A stretch of 32,000 nucleotides of DNA from Pasteurella multocida. GTDB lineage: Bacteria; Pseudomonadota; Gammaproteobacteria; Enterobacterales; Pasteurellaceae. Under the pieces are notes generated by a model. It did no database searches, was not told the origin of the DNA, and saw only the letters and a program-made list of their open reading frames with translations. The position numbers and the translations under genes are program-made. Shown here one piece after another: positions 1-10,101 of this stretch (position 1 is its first letter; every line of letters starts with the position of its first letter). The stretch is from NCBI RefSeq assembly GCF_900187275.1, contig NZ_LT906458.1:1260001-1292000 (forward strand), written 5' to 3'.

Positions 1-753
1 ATTGGTTCCTTTGCTTTTGTCGTCGGCGTAGTCGTATTTGGTTATGTAATTGGTTTCATTGGCGAACACAATATTGTTTGGATTTTAACCGCACTTTTAG
101 CCCTCTATGCAGTGCTACAAATGACAACACCTATGCCTGCGCCGACAGATCAACAAAGTGCGGTTGAAAATAACATTACATTTAAAGCGTTACTAAAAAA
201 TCAAACAACTTTACGTTTGATTATCGCGATCTCCTTAATTCAAGGTTCTCATGCCACTTACTATGCTTACAGTGTCCTCTATTGGACGAGCTTGGGGATT
301 TCAGTGCAAACAACCAGTTTACTGTGGGGCTTAAGTGTGATCGCGGAAATGTTGCTCTTTTTCTTTTCAACAAAGCTCTTCCGCACATGGAAAGTCAGTG
401 CGTTATTTTACCTCTCTGCGATTGCAACGGTAATTCGTTGGGCGGCGTTGAGCATCGCGACAGAAGTTTGGAGCTTAACCTTAATTCAAACCTTACACAG
501 TTTGACTTATGCGGTCAGTCACTATGCCATTATTCGTTATTTTACGACCCAGCCTATTCAGCATATTGCTAAATTACAAGGGCTGTATAATGGGATTTCA
601 GGTTGTGCCGCAGTCGCATTATTAACAGCCTTATCTGGCTTGTTATACCCTGTTTCTCCCACAATTACGTTCCTTGCGATGACAAGTGTCGCAGCTTTGG
701 CATTCGTCGTGATTCCACGTAAAGTCGATGCCTTTTTACTTAAACGGTGCTAA
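1..753 (+). CDS. MFS transporter, HcaT/3-phenylpropionate-transporter-like family, C-terminal part (5' end lies outside the window)
   Basis: The frame is open from base 1 with no stop before 751-753. The translation is a run of hydrophobic helices typical of the C-terminal half of an MFS_1_like/HcaT-type permease. Confidence 0.7.
   Translation: MGSFAFVVGVVVFGYVIGFIGEHNIVWILTALLALYAVLQMTTPMPAPTDQQSAVENNITFKALLKNQTTLRLIIAISLIQGSHATYYAYSVLYWTSLGISVQTTSLLWGLSVIAEMLLFFFSTKLFRTWKVSALFYLSAIATVIRWAALSIATEVWSLTLIQTLHSLTYAVSHYAIIRYFTTQPIQHIAKLQGLYNGISGCAAVALLTALSGLLYPVSPTITFLAMTSVAALAFVVIPRKVDAFLLKRC
88..96 (-). repeat. Hin-type uptake signal sequence (USS) core
   Basis: ACCGCACTT on plus equals AAGTGCGGT on minus, with an AT-rich 3' flank. 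Confidence 0.85.
156..164 (+). repeat. Hin-type USS core
   Basis: AAAGTGCGGTTGAAAATAAC. Exact 9-mer plus AT-rich flank. Confidence 0.85.
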
Positions 754-755
754 AC

Positions 756-1649
756 ATGAAAGATTCCGCGTTAATTGAGCTTTTTCTAAATGAAATTTGG
801 ATCGAAAAGCAACTCTCGCAAAATACGATTGCCTCTTATCGCTTAGATTTGACTGCACTCATTCAATGGCTAGAAAAACAACAATTAACGCTTATCAATC
901 TGGATGCCATCGACTTACAAACATTTCTAGGTGAACGCTTAAACCAAGGCTACAAAGCCACCAGCACAGCTCGCCTACTCAGTGCAATGCGAAAATTATT
1001 TCAATACTTATACCGCGAAAAATACCGCACAGATGATCCCAGTGCGGTATTAAGTTCTCCCAAATTACCTAGCCGCTTGCCTAAATACCTAACGGAACAA
1101 CAAGTTACTGATTTACTGAACTCCCCTGATGTCGATATCCCCTTAGAATTACGCGATAAAGCCATGATGGAATTGCTTTATGCAACAGGATTACGGGTCA
1201 CTGAATTAGTGTCATTGACTATTGAAAACATAAATATTAATCAGGGGATTGTACGGGTTGTTGGTAAAGGAAACAAAGAACGGATTGTTCCCATTGGGGA
1301 AGAAGCAACTTATTGGATTCGTCAATTTATGCTATATGGGCGTCCTTTTTTATTGCATGGACAAAGCTCAGATGTCGTCTTCCCAAGTAAAAGAGCGCTA
1401 CAAATGACACGCCAAACCTTTTGGCACCGTATTAAACATTATGCACTTTTGAGTGACATTGATATCAATAGCTTATCGCCCCATGTACTGCGTCACGCTT
1501 TTGCTACACATTTAGTAAATCATGGTGCGGATTTGCGTGTAGTACAAATGTTACTCGGACACAGCGATTTATCCACAACACAAATTTATACTCACGTTGC
1601 TAAAGAGCGTTTAAAACATTTACATGAACGCTACCATCCAAGGGGCTAA
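756..1649 (+). CDS. xerD: Tyrosine recombinase XerD (chromosome dimer resolution)
   Basis: N-terminal core-binding motif LSQNTIASYRLDL. C-terminal catalytic region ATGLRVTEL, LRHAFATHL and GHSDLSTTQIYTH. About 297 aa. ATG at 756 is preferred over the GTG at 747 in the ORF track. Confidence 0.9.
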   Translation: MKDSALIELFLNEIWIEKQLSQNTIASYRLDLTALIQWLEKQQLTLINLDAIDLQTFLGERLNQGYKATSTARLLSAMRKLFQYLYREKYRTDDPSAVLSSPKLPSRLPKYLTEQQVTDLLNSPDVDIPLELRDKAMMELLYATGLRVTELVSLTIENININQGIVRVVGKGNKERIVPIGEEATYWIRQFMLYGRPFLLHGQSSDVVFPSKRALQMTRQTFWHRIKHYALLSDIDINSLSPHVLRHAFATHLVNHGADLRVVQMLLGHSDLSTTQIYTHVAKERLKHLHERYHPRG

Positions 1650-1659
1650 CATCAAGCAT

Positions 1660-1690
1660 AAAAAAAACTGCATCACAAGGATGCAGTTTT
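1660..1690. terminator. Bidirectional Rho-independent terminator between convergent xerD and raiA
   Basis: A-run, stem CTGCATC (1668-1674), loop ACAAG, stem GATGCAG (1680-1686), then TTTT. Reads as hairpin plus U-run on both strands. Confidence 0.8.
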
Positions 1691-1707
1691 AACGTTGGAT
1701 AACAGGA

Positions 1708-2025
1708 TTAGAAAGAATCTTTTAAGCGTTCATCGGCACGACGCGCTTCGCCTTTATGTTGTAATTTATTTAACTGACGCTCTAATTTTTCTTCTACTTC
1801 GTTGACGGCTTTATACATATCTTCTGACTCTGCTTTTGCAAACAAATCGCCAAGCGGGGTACCAATCGATGCCTCAACCGAAAAACCTTTTGGTATTTTG
1901 TTTAAAATAAAGTGGGGATTAATTAATTGAGTTTGCCATTTACCTAATTTAGCAAGTCTATCTTCGACGTGAGCACGGATTGCAGGAGTGATTTCCATTT
2001 GTTTGCTTGTGATGTTTAGAGTCAT
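1708..2025 (-). CDS. raiA: Ribosome-associated translation inhibitor RaiA (YfiA, HPF family)
   Basis: [27 protein letters not shown]...[15 protein letters not shown] is nearly colinear with E. coli YfiA/RaiA as I recall it. Confidence 0.9.
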   Translation of the reverse strand: MTLNITSKQMEITPAIRAHVEDRLAKLGKWQTQLINPHFILNKIPKGFSVEASIGTPLGDLFAKAESEDMYKAVNEVEEKLERQLNKLQHKGEARRADERLKDSF

Positions 2026-2269
2026 AGCATTTACCTCTCTGTTGAAAAGGGGACTTTTTTGTCCCTTGTGTTAAATAATCCTTATCTACAACATAGTCGC
2101 CTTACACGCAGTTTTCAAGTCTTTTTATCGATTTTTTACGGAAAAATTAAAAAGTATGATCTAAGTAGAAAAATTGTGATTTAGTACTGGATTATTCACT
2201 CAAAGTTGATATGATTGAGGGGATTCCATCGTCTCCCTTCTCATCATTTTATACTTATATTTCAACAAA

Positions 2270-3643
2270 TTAAGCAGTTTCATCTGCATCTGTTTGCTGC
2301 AATTTCAAACGCAAAAAATACGCTTCCGTTTCACTCACAATGACATGACGTAAACCAATTAACGCCACTAAATTTGGCAGTGCCATCAAACCATTAACAA
2401 TATCAGCAAGAATCCAAATGACATCTAAATGAATAAATGCGCCACATCCAACTAACACAATGAATATAAAACGATACGCTTTAAGTTTACTCGTACCAAC
2501 CAGATACACAAAACAACGTTCACCGTAATAACACCAACCTAAAATTGTGGTAAATGCAAAGAACAACAACCCTACGGTGACAATCGTACCGCCTAAATTA
2601 GAGCCCAATCCCGTTGAAAAGGCATGATTGGTTAATGCTGCACCTGCTATCTCTGTCGATTGCCATGCGCCTGTGATCACTAACACAATACCAGTCATAG
2701 AACACACAACAATTGTGTCTAAAAACGTCCCTGTCATCGAAATCAGCCCTTGTCGCACGGGTTCCTTGGTTTGTGCGGCAGCCGCGGCAATAGGTGCACT
2801 TCCTAACCCCGATTCATTCGAGAAGATACCACGTGCTACACCTGATTGAATGGCTTTCATCACGGTATAACCTAGCGCACCGCCTAACGCAGCAGTGGGA
2901 TTAAAAGCACTATAAATAATCAGTCCAATCGCTTGTGGTACCACTTGCCAGTTTATCGCTAAAATAATTAACGAGGTCAACACATAAAGAACTGCCATGA
3001 AAGGCACGACATAAGAAGAAACAATCGCGATACGTCTTACGCCCCCCAGGATGATCAGTGCAACTAATGCCGTAATAATGGAGGCAGTTAACGGGATTGG
3101 CACGCTAAAGGTATCCTGCATGGCATGAGTAATCGCATTAATTTGTGGGAAGGTTCCAATGCCAAAAAATGCAACTAAAATACCAAATAGCGCAAAAAGT
3201 TTCGCTAACCATTTGATCCCAAGACCACGCTCAATGTAGTACATTGGACCACCTGCCATAAAACCTTGCTTATCACGAACACGATATTTTACTGCCAACA
3301 AACATTCTGCATATTTTGTCGCCATCCCTAATAACGCAACAATCCACATCCAAAAAACCGCACCCGGTCCACCAGCTTGTACCGCGGTTGCCACCCCAAC
3401 AATATTCCCTGTACCAATCGTCGCCGCTAATGCTGTACAAAGTGCCGCAAAAGAAGACACATCACCTTTTTTAGCGGCGCCCTTTTCTTTTCTAAAAAGA
3501 TAAGATAATGCACGAGGCAACTGGATAAACTGGATAAAACCTAAACGGAATGTTAAATAAAGCCCTGTACCAGAAAGCAAAAGCAGTAGAGGTGGGCCCC
3601 AAATAAAACTATTAATTGATGATAAAGTTGATTCTAATGACAT
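2270..3643 (-). CDS. Sodium:alanine/glycine symporter (AGCS family)
   Basis: Polytopic membrane protein with AGCS hallmarks (FAALCTALAATIGTGNIVGVATA, GIFSNESGLGSAPIAAAAA). ATG at 3643 sits 7 nt downstream of GAGGA and is preferred over the GTG at 3667. Confidence 0.9.
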   Translation of the reverse strand: MSLESTLSSINSFIWGPPLLLLLSGTGLYLTFRLGFIQFIQLPRALSYLFRKEKGAAKKGDVSSFAALCTALAATIGTGNIVGVATAVQAGGPGAVFWMWIVALLGMATKYAECLLAVKYRVRDKQGFMAGGPMYYIERGLGIKWLAKLFALFGILVAFFGIGTFPQINAITHAMQDTFSVPIPLTASIITALVALIILGGVRRIAIVSSYVVPFMAVLYVLTSLIILAINWQVVPQAIGLIIYSAFNPTAALGGALGYTVMKAIQSGVARGIFSNESGLGSAPIAAAAAQTKEPVRQGLISMTGTFLDTIVVCSMTGIVLVITGAWQSTEIAGAALTNHAFSTGLGSNLGGTIVTVGLLFFAFTTILGWCYYGERCFVYLVGTSKLKAYRFIFIVLVGCGAFIHLDVIWILADIVNGLMALPNLVALIGLRHVIVSETEAYFLRLKLQQTDADETA

Positions 3644-3703
3644 GATAAGATCCTCGTAAAAAATCACAGATTACAAGGAGGCAAAAGCATTTTGCGGAAG
3701 AGT

Positions 3704-3960
3704 TAAAAAAGAGAAAAGCACGCATGTAGTCCATGCATGTAAACATCAAACCGAATATCTTGTTGCCCCTGTCCTTTTGCCTGAGCGTTTGAAAAAACGG
3801 AAAAATTAACCGCTCTTTTTGCGCCTTCGGCGGCCGTTTTATCTCTTTTTAATATAACGGCTCTCTCCAAGGGTTCGTCCAGTAACAGTCCCTGCTTATA
3901 ATCAGCGCCTGAAAGAGTTTACCTCGTCGGCGTAGGGTCAATTCCCTACTCTCCAGCTAC
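3704..3960 (-). promoter_or_regulatory. Tandem glycine riboswitch (two aptamers) plus intrinsic-terminator expression platform in the 5' leader of the AGCS symporter gene
   Basis: On the minus strand, aptamer 1 reads CTGGAGAG...CGCCGACGAGGTAAA...CAGGCG...GGACTG. Aptamer 2 reads TTGGAGAG...CGCCGAAGGCGCAA...CTCAGGCAAAAGGACAGG (3768-3785 on plus). A hairpin follows, CAUGCAUG-GACUA-CAUGCGUG (3719-3739), then CUUUUCUCUUUUUU (3704-3718). The same class is known upstream of the V. cholerae Na+/alanine symporter. Confidence 0.8.
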
Positions 3961-4007
3961 CTTCATCCGAACTTACTTTTGTTGAATTTTTCAAAAAAGC
4001 ACAGCAA

Positions 4008-4035
4008 ATTTTAACAGATAAATAGTAAAAAACAA
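4008..4035 (-). promoter_or_regulatory. Candidate sigma70 promoter driving the riboswitch leader
   Basis: Minus strand TTGTTT (4035-4030), 16-nt spacer, TAAAAT (4013-4008), about 45 nt upstream of the first aptamer. By-eye match only. Confidence 0.3.
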
Positions 4036-4060
4036 GAAATTGATAGGTGTGATTTAAGAT

Positions 4061-4084
4061 AAAAAAGCAGGTGTTATCCTGCTT
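4061..4084 (-). terminator. Rho-independent terminator ending the pil-coaE-yacG-GNAT transcription unit
   Basis: Minus strand AAGCAGG-ATAACA-CCTGCTT followed by TTTTTT, just downstream of the GNAT stop at 4092. Confidence 0.8.
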
Positions 4085-4091
4085 AGAGGAT

Positions 4092-4361
4092 TTATTTTCG
4101 CTGCTCTCGTTTCCATTTGAGTGCAATATAACCACAACTTGGGATCAAATTTAATTGCTTATCATGGACGAAATCTGACAATGCTTGATAAAGTTTATCC
4201 GCAATACCTTGTCCTCTCAACACCTCTGAAACATAAGTATGGTTCGCATTAATCGTCTTTTCATCCACAAAATAATAGGTTAACTCTGCTATTTTGTTAC
4301 CCTCATGGTCTAAACAAAAAAAGACACCCTGTTGCTCTGTTTGTTGATGTTGAATAAGCAT
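4092..4361 (-). CDS. Small GNAT-like N-acetyltransferase (YjdJ / Acetyltransf_CG type, 89 aa)
   Basis: The pattern IAELTY...HTYVSEVLRGQGIADKL...LIPSCGY matches the short YjdJ-type GNAT fold. Its start overlaps the yacG stop (TAATG). Confidence 0.7.
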   Translation of the reverse strand: MLIQHQQTEQQGVFFCLDHEGNKIAELTYYFVDEKTINANHTYVSEVLRGQGIADKLYQALSDFVHDKQLNLIPSCGYIALKWKREQRK

Positions 4362-4564
4362 TAATGTGCTCTCCAGTCTTCTTGCTCGTCGTTCATCGCA
4401 AAATCTGCACTCTCACAAGGAATCGCTTTCTCCTCGGCTGCCCATTCCCCCAAATCAATTAACTGGCAACGTTTGCAACAAAAAGGGCGGAATGGACTTT
4501 TATCTGACCACTCCACCTGTTTTTGACAAATCGGACAAGGCACACTGAAAATATCGTCTGTCAT
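4361..4564 (-). CDS. yacG: DNA gyrase inhibitor YacG (zinc finger)
   Basis: [40 protein letters not shown] is the YacG signature. The start may be ATG 4564 or the upstream ATG 4582, which overlaps the coaE stop. Confidence 0.85.
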   Translation of the reverse strand: MTDDIFSVPCPICQKQVEWSDKSPFRPFCCKRCQLIDLGEWAAEEKAIPCESADFAMNDEQEDWRAH

Positions 4565-4574
4565 AAATTTCTCA

Positions 4575-5931
<1,357 letters not shown>

Positions 5932-5932
<1 letters not shown>

Positions 5933-7146
5933 TACACCAATGCCCCCATATTAAACATCGGTAAATACATACCCAATAAAATGACACCAATAATCGAACC
6001 AATCACTAACATTAAACAGGGTTCCAATAATTGTGAAAGTAAATCAAGTTGGTGCTCTAACTTTTGTTGATAACTTTCTGCTATATACTGCAACATTTCG
6101 CTTAATCGCCCTGTCTGTTCACCAACATGTAACATCTGTTGTGCCATCTCCGGAAATAAGTTGGAGCCGATAACCTCAGAAAACGTATAACCTTGAGCAA
6201 TCCCCTTTAACATTAACTGTACTTCTTCAGCCAATCGCATCTCGGTAAGCTCGTGTTTTGCTATACCACTTTTCTGTGTAGGTAAAAAAATCTGTAATGC
6301 CTGTTGCAAAGGCATGCCCGAGCTAAGCATAAGATGTAAATGACGACAAAAATGAATAAGCTCGTGATGTTGCGCAATTTTCTTAAAGATTGGAAGGAAA
6401 TGAAGCAGACAATTTTTTAATCGATATAGTCCAACTCGCTGTCTCGCATTTAACATCAAAAAAATAAAGCCGAAAATTAATAGGAGACTCAATTGAAAAG
6501 CATAACCACGTAACCCTGCCGATACATTCAATAACAACACAGTAAACGCAGGTAAAGGTTGATTTGCATAAATCTCAGCAAACTGTGGCACAATAAACAG
6601 CAGTAACAACGACGTTAAGATCAATGTCACAACAAGCACTAACATTGGATAAAACAACATTTTCTGAACTTTGCGTCGTAACCCCAGTGATTGTTGACGT
6701 TGTTTCGCTAATTGTGCACAAACAAGCGGTAGTTTCCCAGTCGATTCACCAACAGAAATTAATTGGTATTCCTGTTTTGTTAAGTAACGATCTTGTGTAG
6801 CTAGCGCGGTTGAAAAAGAAAATCCACTTTCGAGTGAACAGAGTAACTGACGTAACCATTGCGTTAACTCAATATTGCTAGCATGTCGCTGTAATAGCTG
6901 TAAACTTTCCTTCAAGGGAACCGATGCTTGTAATAGCATCGCTAATTGCATTAACAGATCACAAATCTCTGTATATTTAGGTTGTATAGAAAGCTGCCAA
7001 TTTCGTTGTAAATGCAGTTGGTGAACGCCCTGAAGTAATAAAGATTGCTGTGCTATCTCTTTACTTTCCGCCACAATAACTCCTTTTTGTATTTGCTGTA
7101 ATCGATTTATTCCTTTCCAACGAAACATTTTTAATTTTTTCATCAT
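5932..7146 (-). CDS. pilC: Type IV pilus inner-membrane platform protein PilC (GspF family)
   Basis: 404 aa with two GspF-type repeats and three TM segments. Lies between pilB and pilD. Its start overlaps the pilB stop (ATGATGA). Confidence 0.85.
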
Positions 7147-8528
7147 TCACCTAATACACGTTGTACTTCATTGTCATCGGTCATGCCTAAACGAACTTTT
7201 TCCTTCGCACTCTCGCGTAAACTACTAAAATCCGTGACAAAACACCCTGTTTTATCTTTTTGTAAAAATTGATATACCCCAATCCTCCCTTTATACCCCT
7301 GATAGCAACGACACGCCGATTGTGTCTCTACACGGCAATCACAACGACGACGCAATAAACGCTGCGCCACAACAAGTAATAGGCTTTGTTCAATTTCATG
7401 CAAAGGCACCCCTAATTGCTGTAAGCGAGTAAGGGCAGAGGGGGCATCATTCGTATGCAAGGTAGAGAGGACTAAATGCCCTGTTTGAGCCGCACGTAAT
7501 GCGATTAACGCGCTTTCTTCATCACGAATTTCCCCTAACATAATAATGTCTGGATCTTGACGTAAAAAAGTGCGTAATAAGCGCTTGAAATCCAGTCCTA
7601 TTTGCGTATTTACTTGCGTTTGGATTATCCCAGTCAACACAATTTCAATCGGATCTTCTGCTGTTAAAATATGCTTTTCTATGCTGTTGAGCCAAGCTAG
7701 CGCACTATAAAGCGAAATGCTTTTTCCACTCCCTGTTGGTCCCGTTACTAAAATCAGTCCTTGAGGTTGACTTAACGCGTGTTGGAACCTGTGTTGTTGG
7801 TCTGCGGTCATCCCCAACTCAGCAAAACTGAGATGAATAGGCTTATTTCGCTGCAAACGTAATACCGCTTTTTCGCCTAAATGCGTCGGCAACGTAGAAA
7901 GTCGAAAATCTAATGTATCAGAAAATGTCGTTTTAAATTGGAAACAACCGTCCTGAGGCAAGCGTGTTTCACTAATATCTAATTTTGCTAATAATTTAAG
8001 ACGAGAAATCAGGCGATTAGCCAATATCCCTGAAAAGGAAGGCTGGACTTGTAATACACCATCGATTCTAAAACGCACTTGTAAGCTATGCTGTTGTGGT
8101 TCAAAATGAATGTCAGAAGCCTGTAGCTGTAATGCACGTTCAAAAACCTGATCAAGTAATTGAATCAAAGGTTCATCCGTCGCGGAATCAGAATCTAATT
8201 GCGCGACTTGATAAACCGTGGGTATGTTTTCTTCCACCTGTAATTTTGGTGGGGAAAGTTGCTGCAATGCCCGTTTCAGTTCATTTGTTGATAATAAAAC
8301 AGGCTCAATGTGTTTATTCGTTAAAAAAGAAAAGGCATCACATGCTGATAAATTCGCTAACGAATCCACACCAAGCCACAACTGTTTTTCATCTTCTTGT
8401 AAAGGCAAGGCAAAATAACGTAATAAAAAACGTTGTTGTTGCTGATTTTTTTGCCATAGCGCCTGTTGGATTTCAAATACCTCTCCTGTCATTGCGCTAA
8501 CAGTACACAAAGGATTCTCATGAAACAT
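7143..8528 (-). CDS. pilB: Type IV pilus assembly ATPase PilB (GspE family)
   Basis: Walker A GPTGSGKS, Walker B/Asp box DPDIIMLGEIRD, His box GHLVLSTLHTND and a C-terminal Cys cluster. ATG 8528 overlaps the pilA stop (TAATG) and is preferred over the TTG at 8537. Confidence 0.9.
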   Translation of the reverse strand: MFHENPLCTVSAMTGEVFEIQQALWQKNQQQQRFLLRYFALPLQEDEKQLWLGVDSLANLSACDAFSFLTNKHIEPVLLSTNELKRALQQLSPPKLQVEENIPTVYQVAQLDSDSATDEPLIQLLDQVFERALQLQASDIHFEPQQHSLQVRFRIDGVLQVQPSFSGILANRLISRLKLLAKLDISETRLPQDGCFQFKTTFSDTLDFRLSTLPTHLGEKAVLRLQRNKPIHLSFAELGMTADQQHRFQHALSQPQGLILVTGPTGSGKSISLYSALAWLNSIEKHILTAEDPIEIVLTGIIQTQVNTQIGLDFKRLLRTFLRQDPDIIMLGEIRDEESALIALRAAQTGHLVLSTLHTNDAPSALTRLQQLGVPLHEIEQSLLLVVAQRLLRRRCDCRVETQSACRCYQGYKGRIGVYQFLQKDKTGCFVTDFSSLRESAKEKVRLGMTDDNEVQRVLGE

Positions 8529-8962
8529 TATGCGCAAAATCCTGCTGGGAAAATGTCAGATTGAGCACCACAATTAACTGTCCAAGAAACACCTTGAGCT
8601 GCGTTACCACTCGCTGTCAGCGTATAGCTAATTCCTTCCAAGCTCCCTTGTCCAGTGACAGTAATTACCCCAGCTTTAACCGTGATGGCTTTTAAATATT
8701 TTTTACTTGCTGCAGCATCAGCACGAATACCATGACTTCCTGCATTACAATTCGTTGTACTATTTGTATTATAGATACAAAGCTCTACCTCAGCACGATA
8801 AGGAGCTGCGGCTTGCAATAATTCAGAGATTGCCGCTTTTTTTGTATAATTTTGATAAGATGGCACGGCAATCGTGGCTAAAATCGCAATAATGGCAATG
8901 ACAATCATTAATTCAATTAGCGTAAACCCTTTTTTAATCGAAAAGAAAATGGCTTTTTTCAT
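8528..8962 (-). CDS. pilA: Type IV pilin PilA/PtfA (class A prepilin)
   Basis: Leader [12 protein letters not shown] followed by [32 protein letters not shown], and a C-terminal disulfide loop C...C. Very close to the Haemophilus/Pasteurella PilA N-terminus. Confidence 0.92.
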   Translation of the reverse strand: MKKAIFFSIKKGFTLIELMIVIAIIAILATIAVPSYQNYTKKAAISELLQAAAPYRAEVELCIYNTNSTTNCNAGSHGIRADAAASKKYLKAITVKAGVITVTGQGSLEGISYTLTASGNAAQGVSWTVNCGAQSDIFPAGFCA

Positions 8963-9088
8963 ATAAAACTCCTTTTGTCACATAAACGAAGACACACTAA
9001 AATGCTGAATGCCACAACGAGTGGACTGGCATTTTCTCGCCAACGAAGTATGTAATAAAAAGGTTTACTCAGAAAAAACACAAATTAC

Positions 9089-9110
9089 TTTTTCGATCTT
9101 TATCGCAAAA
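9089..9110. promoter_or_regulatory. CRP-S (Sxy-dependent CRP, competence regulatory element) site in the pilA-ampD divergent region
   Basis: The site reads ttTTCGA-tcttta-TCGCAaa (core 9092-9107). Both half-sites carry the C6 that distinguishes CRP-S (TGCGA) from canonical CRP (TGTGA). The left half has one mismatch. In H. influenzae, pilABCD is a CRP-S regulon member. Confidence 0.7.
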
Positions 9111-9120
9111 CGGATCACTT

Positions 9121-9687
9121 ATGACCAAAAAAACAAAGCAACATATTCAGCAAGGGTGGCTAAAGGGGGCCAAAAGAGTCCTTTCTCCACATTATGATCA
9201 ACGTCCAGATCTACATGACATTTCTCTACTTATTATCCACTATATTAGCCTCCCACCAGAGCAATTTGGCGGACACTATATTGATGATTTTTTCCAAGGC
9301 AAACTAAACCCTACACAACATCCTTATTTTAAAGAAATTGCAACATTACGTGTTTCTGCACATTGTTTAATCAACCGACAAGGTGAAATTACACAATATG
9401 TCAATTTTAATGATAGGGCTTGGCATGCTGGTGTCTCGCAATTCGAAGGAAGAGAAAAATGCAATGATTTTTCTATTGGTATTGAATTAGAAGGAAGTAA
9501 TACTCAGCCTTTCACTGTCGCGCAATATCAATCATTAATCACTCTCACAAAAGCGATTATGGCAAGTTATCCAGACATTACATTACAACGGATCGTGGGG
9601 CATTGCGATGTTGCGCCAGGTCGCAAAATCGATCCGGGTCAATATTTTGACTGGCAGACTTATCTAGAAGCGCTACAAAACCAGTGA
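9121..9687 (+). CDS. ampD: 1,6-anhydro-N-acetylmuramyl-L-alanine amidase AmpD
   Basis: QQGWLKGAKRVLSPHYDQRP...RVSAHCLI...RAWHAGVSQFEGREKCNDFSIGIELEG...GHCDVAPGRKIDPG is colinear with E. coli AmpD. Confidence 0.9.
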   Translation: MTKKTKQHIQQGWLKGAKRVLSPHYDQRPDLHDISLLIIHYISLPPEQFGGHYIDDFFQGKLNPTQHPYFKEIATLRVSAHCLINRQGEITQYVNFNDRAWHAGVSQFEGREKCNDFSIGIELEGSNTQPFTVAQYQSLITLTKAIMASYPDITLQRIVGHCDVAPGRKIDPGQYFDWQTYLEALQNQ

Positions 9688-9847
9688 CCAAAAAACAAAC
9701 ACAAGAAATGACTAATTCATCACAACTAACAAAAAAGCAACATAAAACATTATCTATTTGATTTATAAGACAATAAACACATATCACATTGAGCATTAAT
9801 TAACCAAAATAAGTTACTAAAATGAATTCCTCTATTCAACCACAATT

Positions 9848-9856
9848 TTATCCACA
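9848..9856 (+). promoter_or_regulatory. Perfect DnaA box TTATCCACA
   Basis: Exact 9-mer in the 585-bp non-coding spacer upstream of rppH. Confidence 0.6.
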
Positions 9857-9982
9857 GAAAACGTGAATAACTTATTTTTCTGACAACAGCACGACTACAC
9901 GTTGTCAAAGTGGAAGAAAATACCGATTTTACTCATCAGTCATGTCAAAAAATCATAAAGAACGCACGATCTTGTATGTCTC

Positions 9983-9991
9983 TGTGTAAAA
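9983..9991 (-). promoter_or_regulatory. DnaA box, relaxed consensus, opposite orientation
   Basis: TGTGTAAAA matches TGTGNAWAA, the reverse of TTWTNCACA. Confidence 0.35.
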
Positions 9992-10092
9992 AAGAGAAGC
10001 CAAACTGAAATACACCTAACCTATTGATTAATAAAATATTTTACTTATTAACTAACGGTTAACTGTTGTTTATGTGCGGGTTATAAACAACG

Positions 10093-10101
10093 TTATCCAC
10101 A
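10093..10101 (+). promoter_or_regulatory. Perfect DnaA box TTATCCACA
   Basis: Exact 9-mer, immediately 3' of the 9-bp inverted repeat GTTGTTTAT/ATAAACAAC (10065-10091). Confidence 0.6.

Noticed and set aside
282-572. Nested or antisense ORFs throughout the track. Examples: 282-572, 2628-2849, 4366-4548, 5398-5634, 8096-8500, 10310-10717, 11924-12265, 12681-12917, 15990-16217, 17373-17642, 19995-20288, 22627-22839, 23239-23478, 29134-29364, 31249-31590.
   Set aside because: All lie inside well-supported conserved genes in other frames or strands. They have biased, Cys/Arg/Ser-rich or low-complexity translations, and none has a credible RBS.
1569-1577. Perfect DnaA box TTATCCACA inside xerD.
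   Set aside because: It encodes the conserved catalytic-region residues D-L-S-T-T (GAT TTA TCC ACA ACA). It is most simply a codon coincidence.
756-1649. The tyrosine recombinase as a marker of an integrated mobile element.
   Set aside because: The sequence is a canonical housekeeping XerD. There are no flanking att-like repeats, tRNA gene or phage/IS genes.
3938-4135. 65-aa ORF on the minus strand in the ORF track.
   Set aside because: It overlaps the riboswitch aptamer 1, the candidate promoter and the GNAT terminator. The sequence is low-complexity with no RBS. It is spurious.
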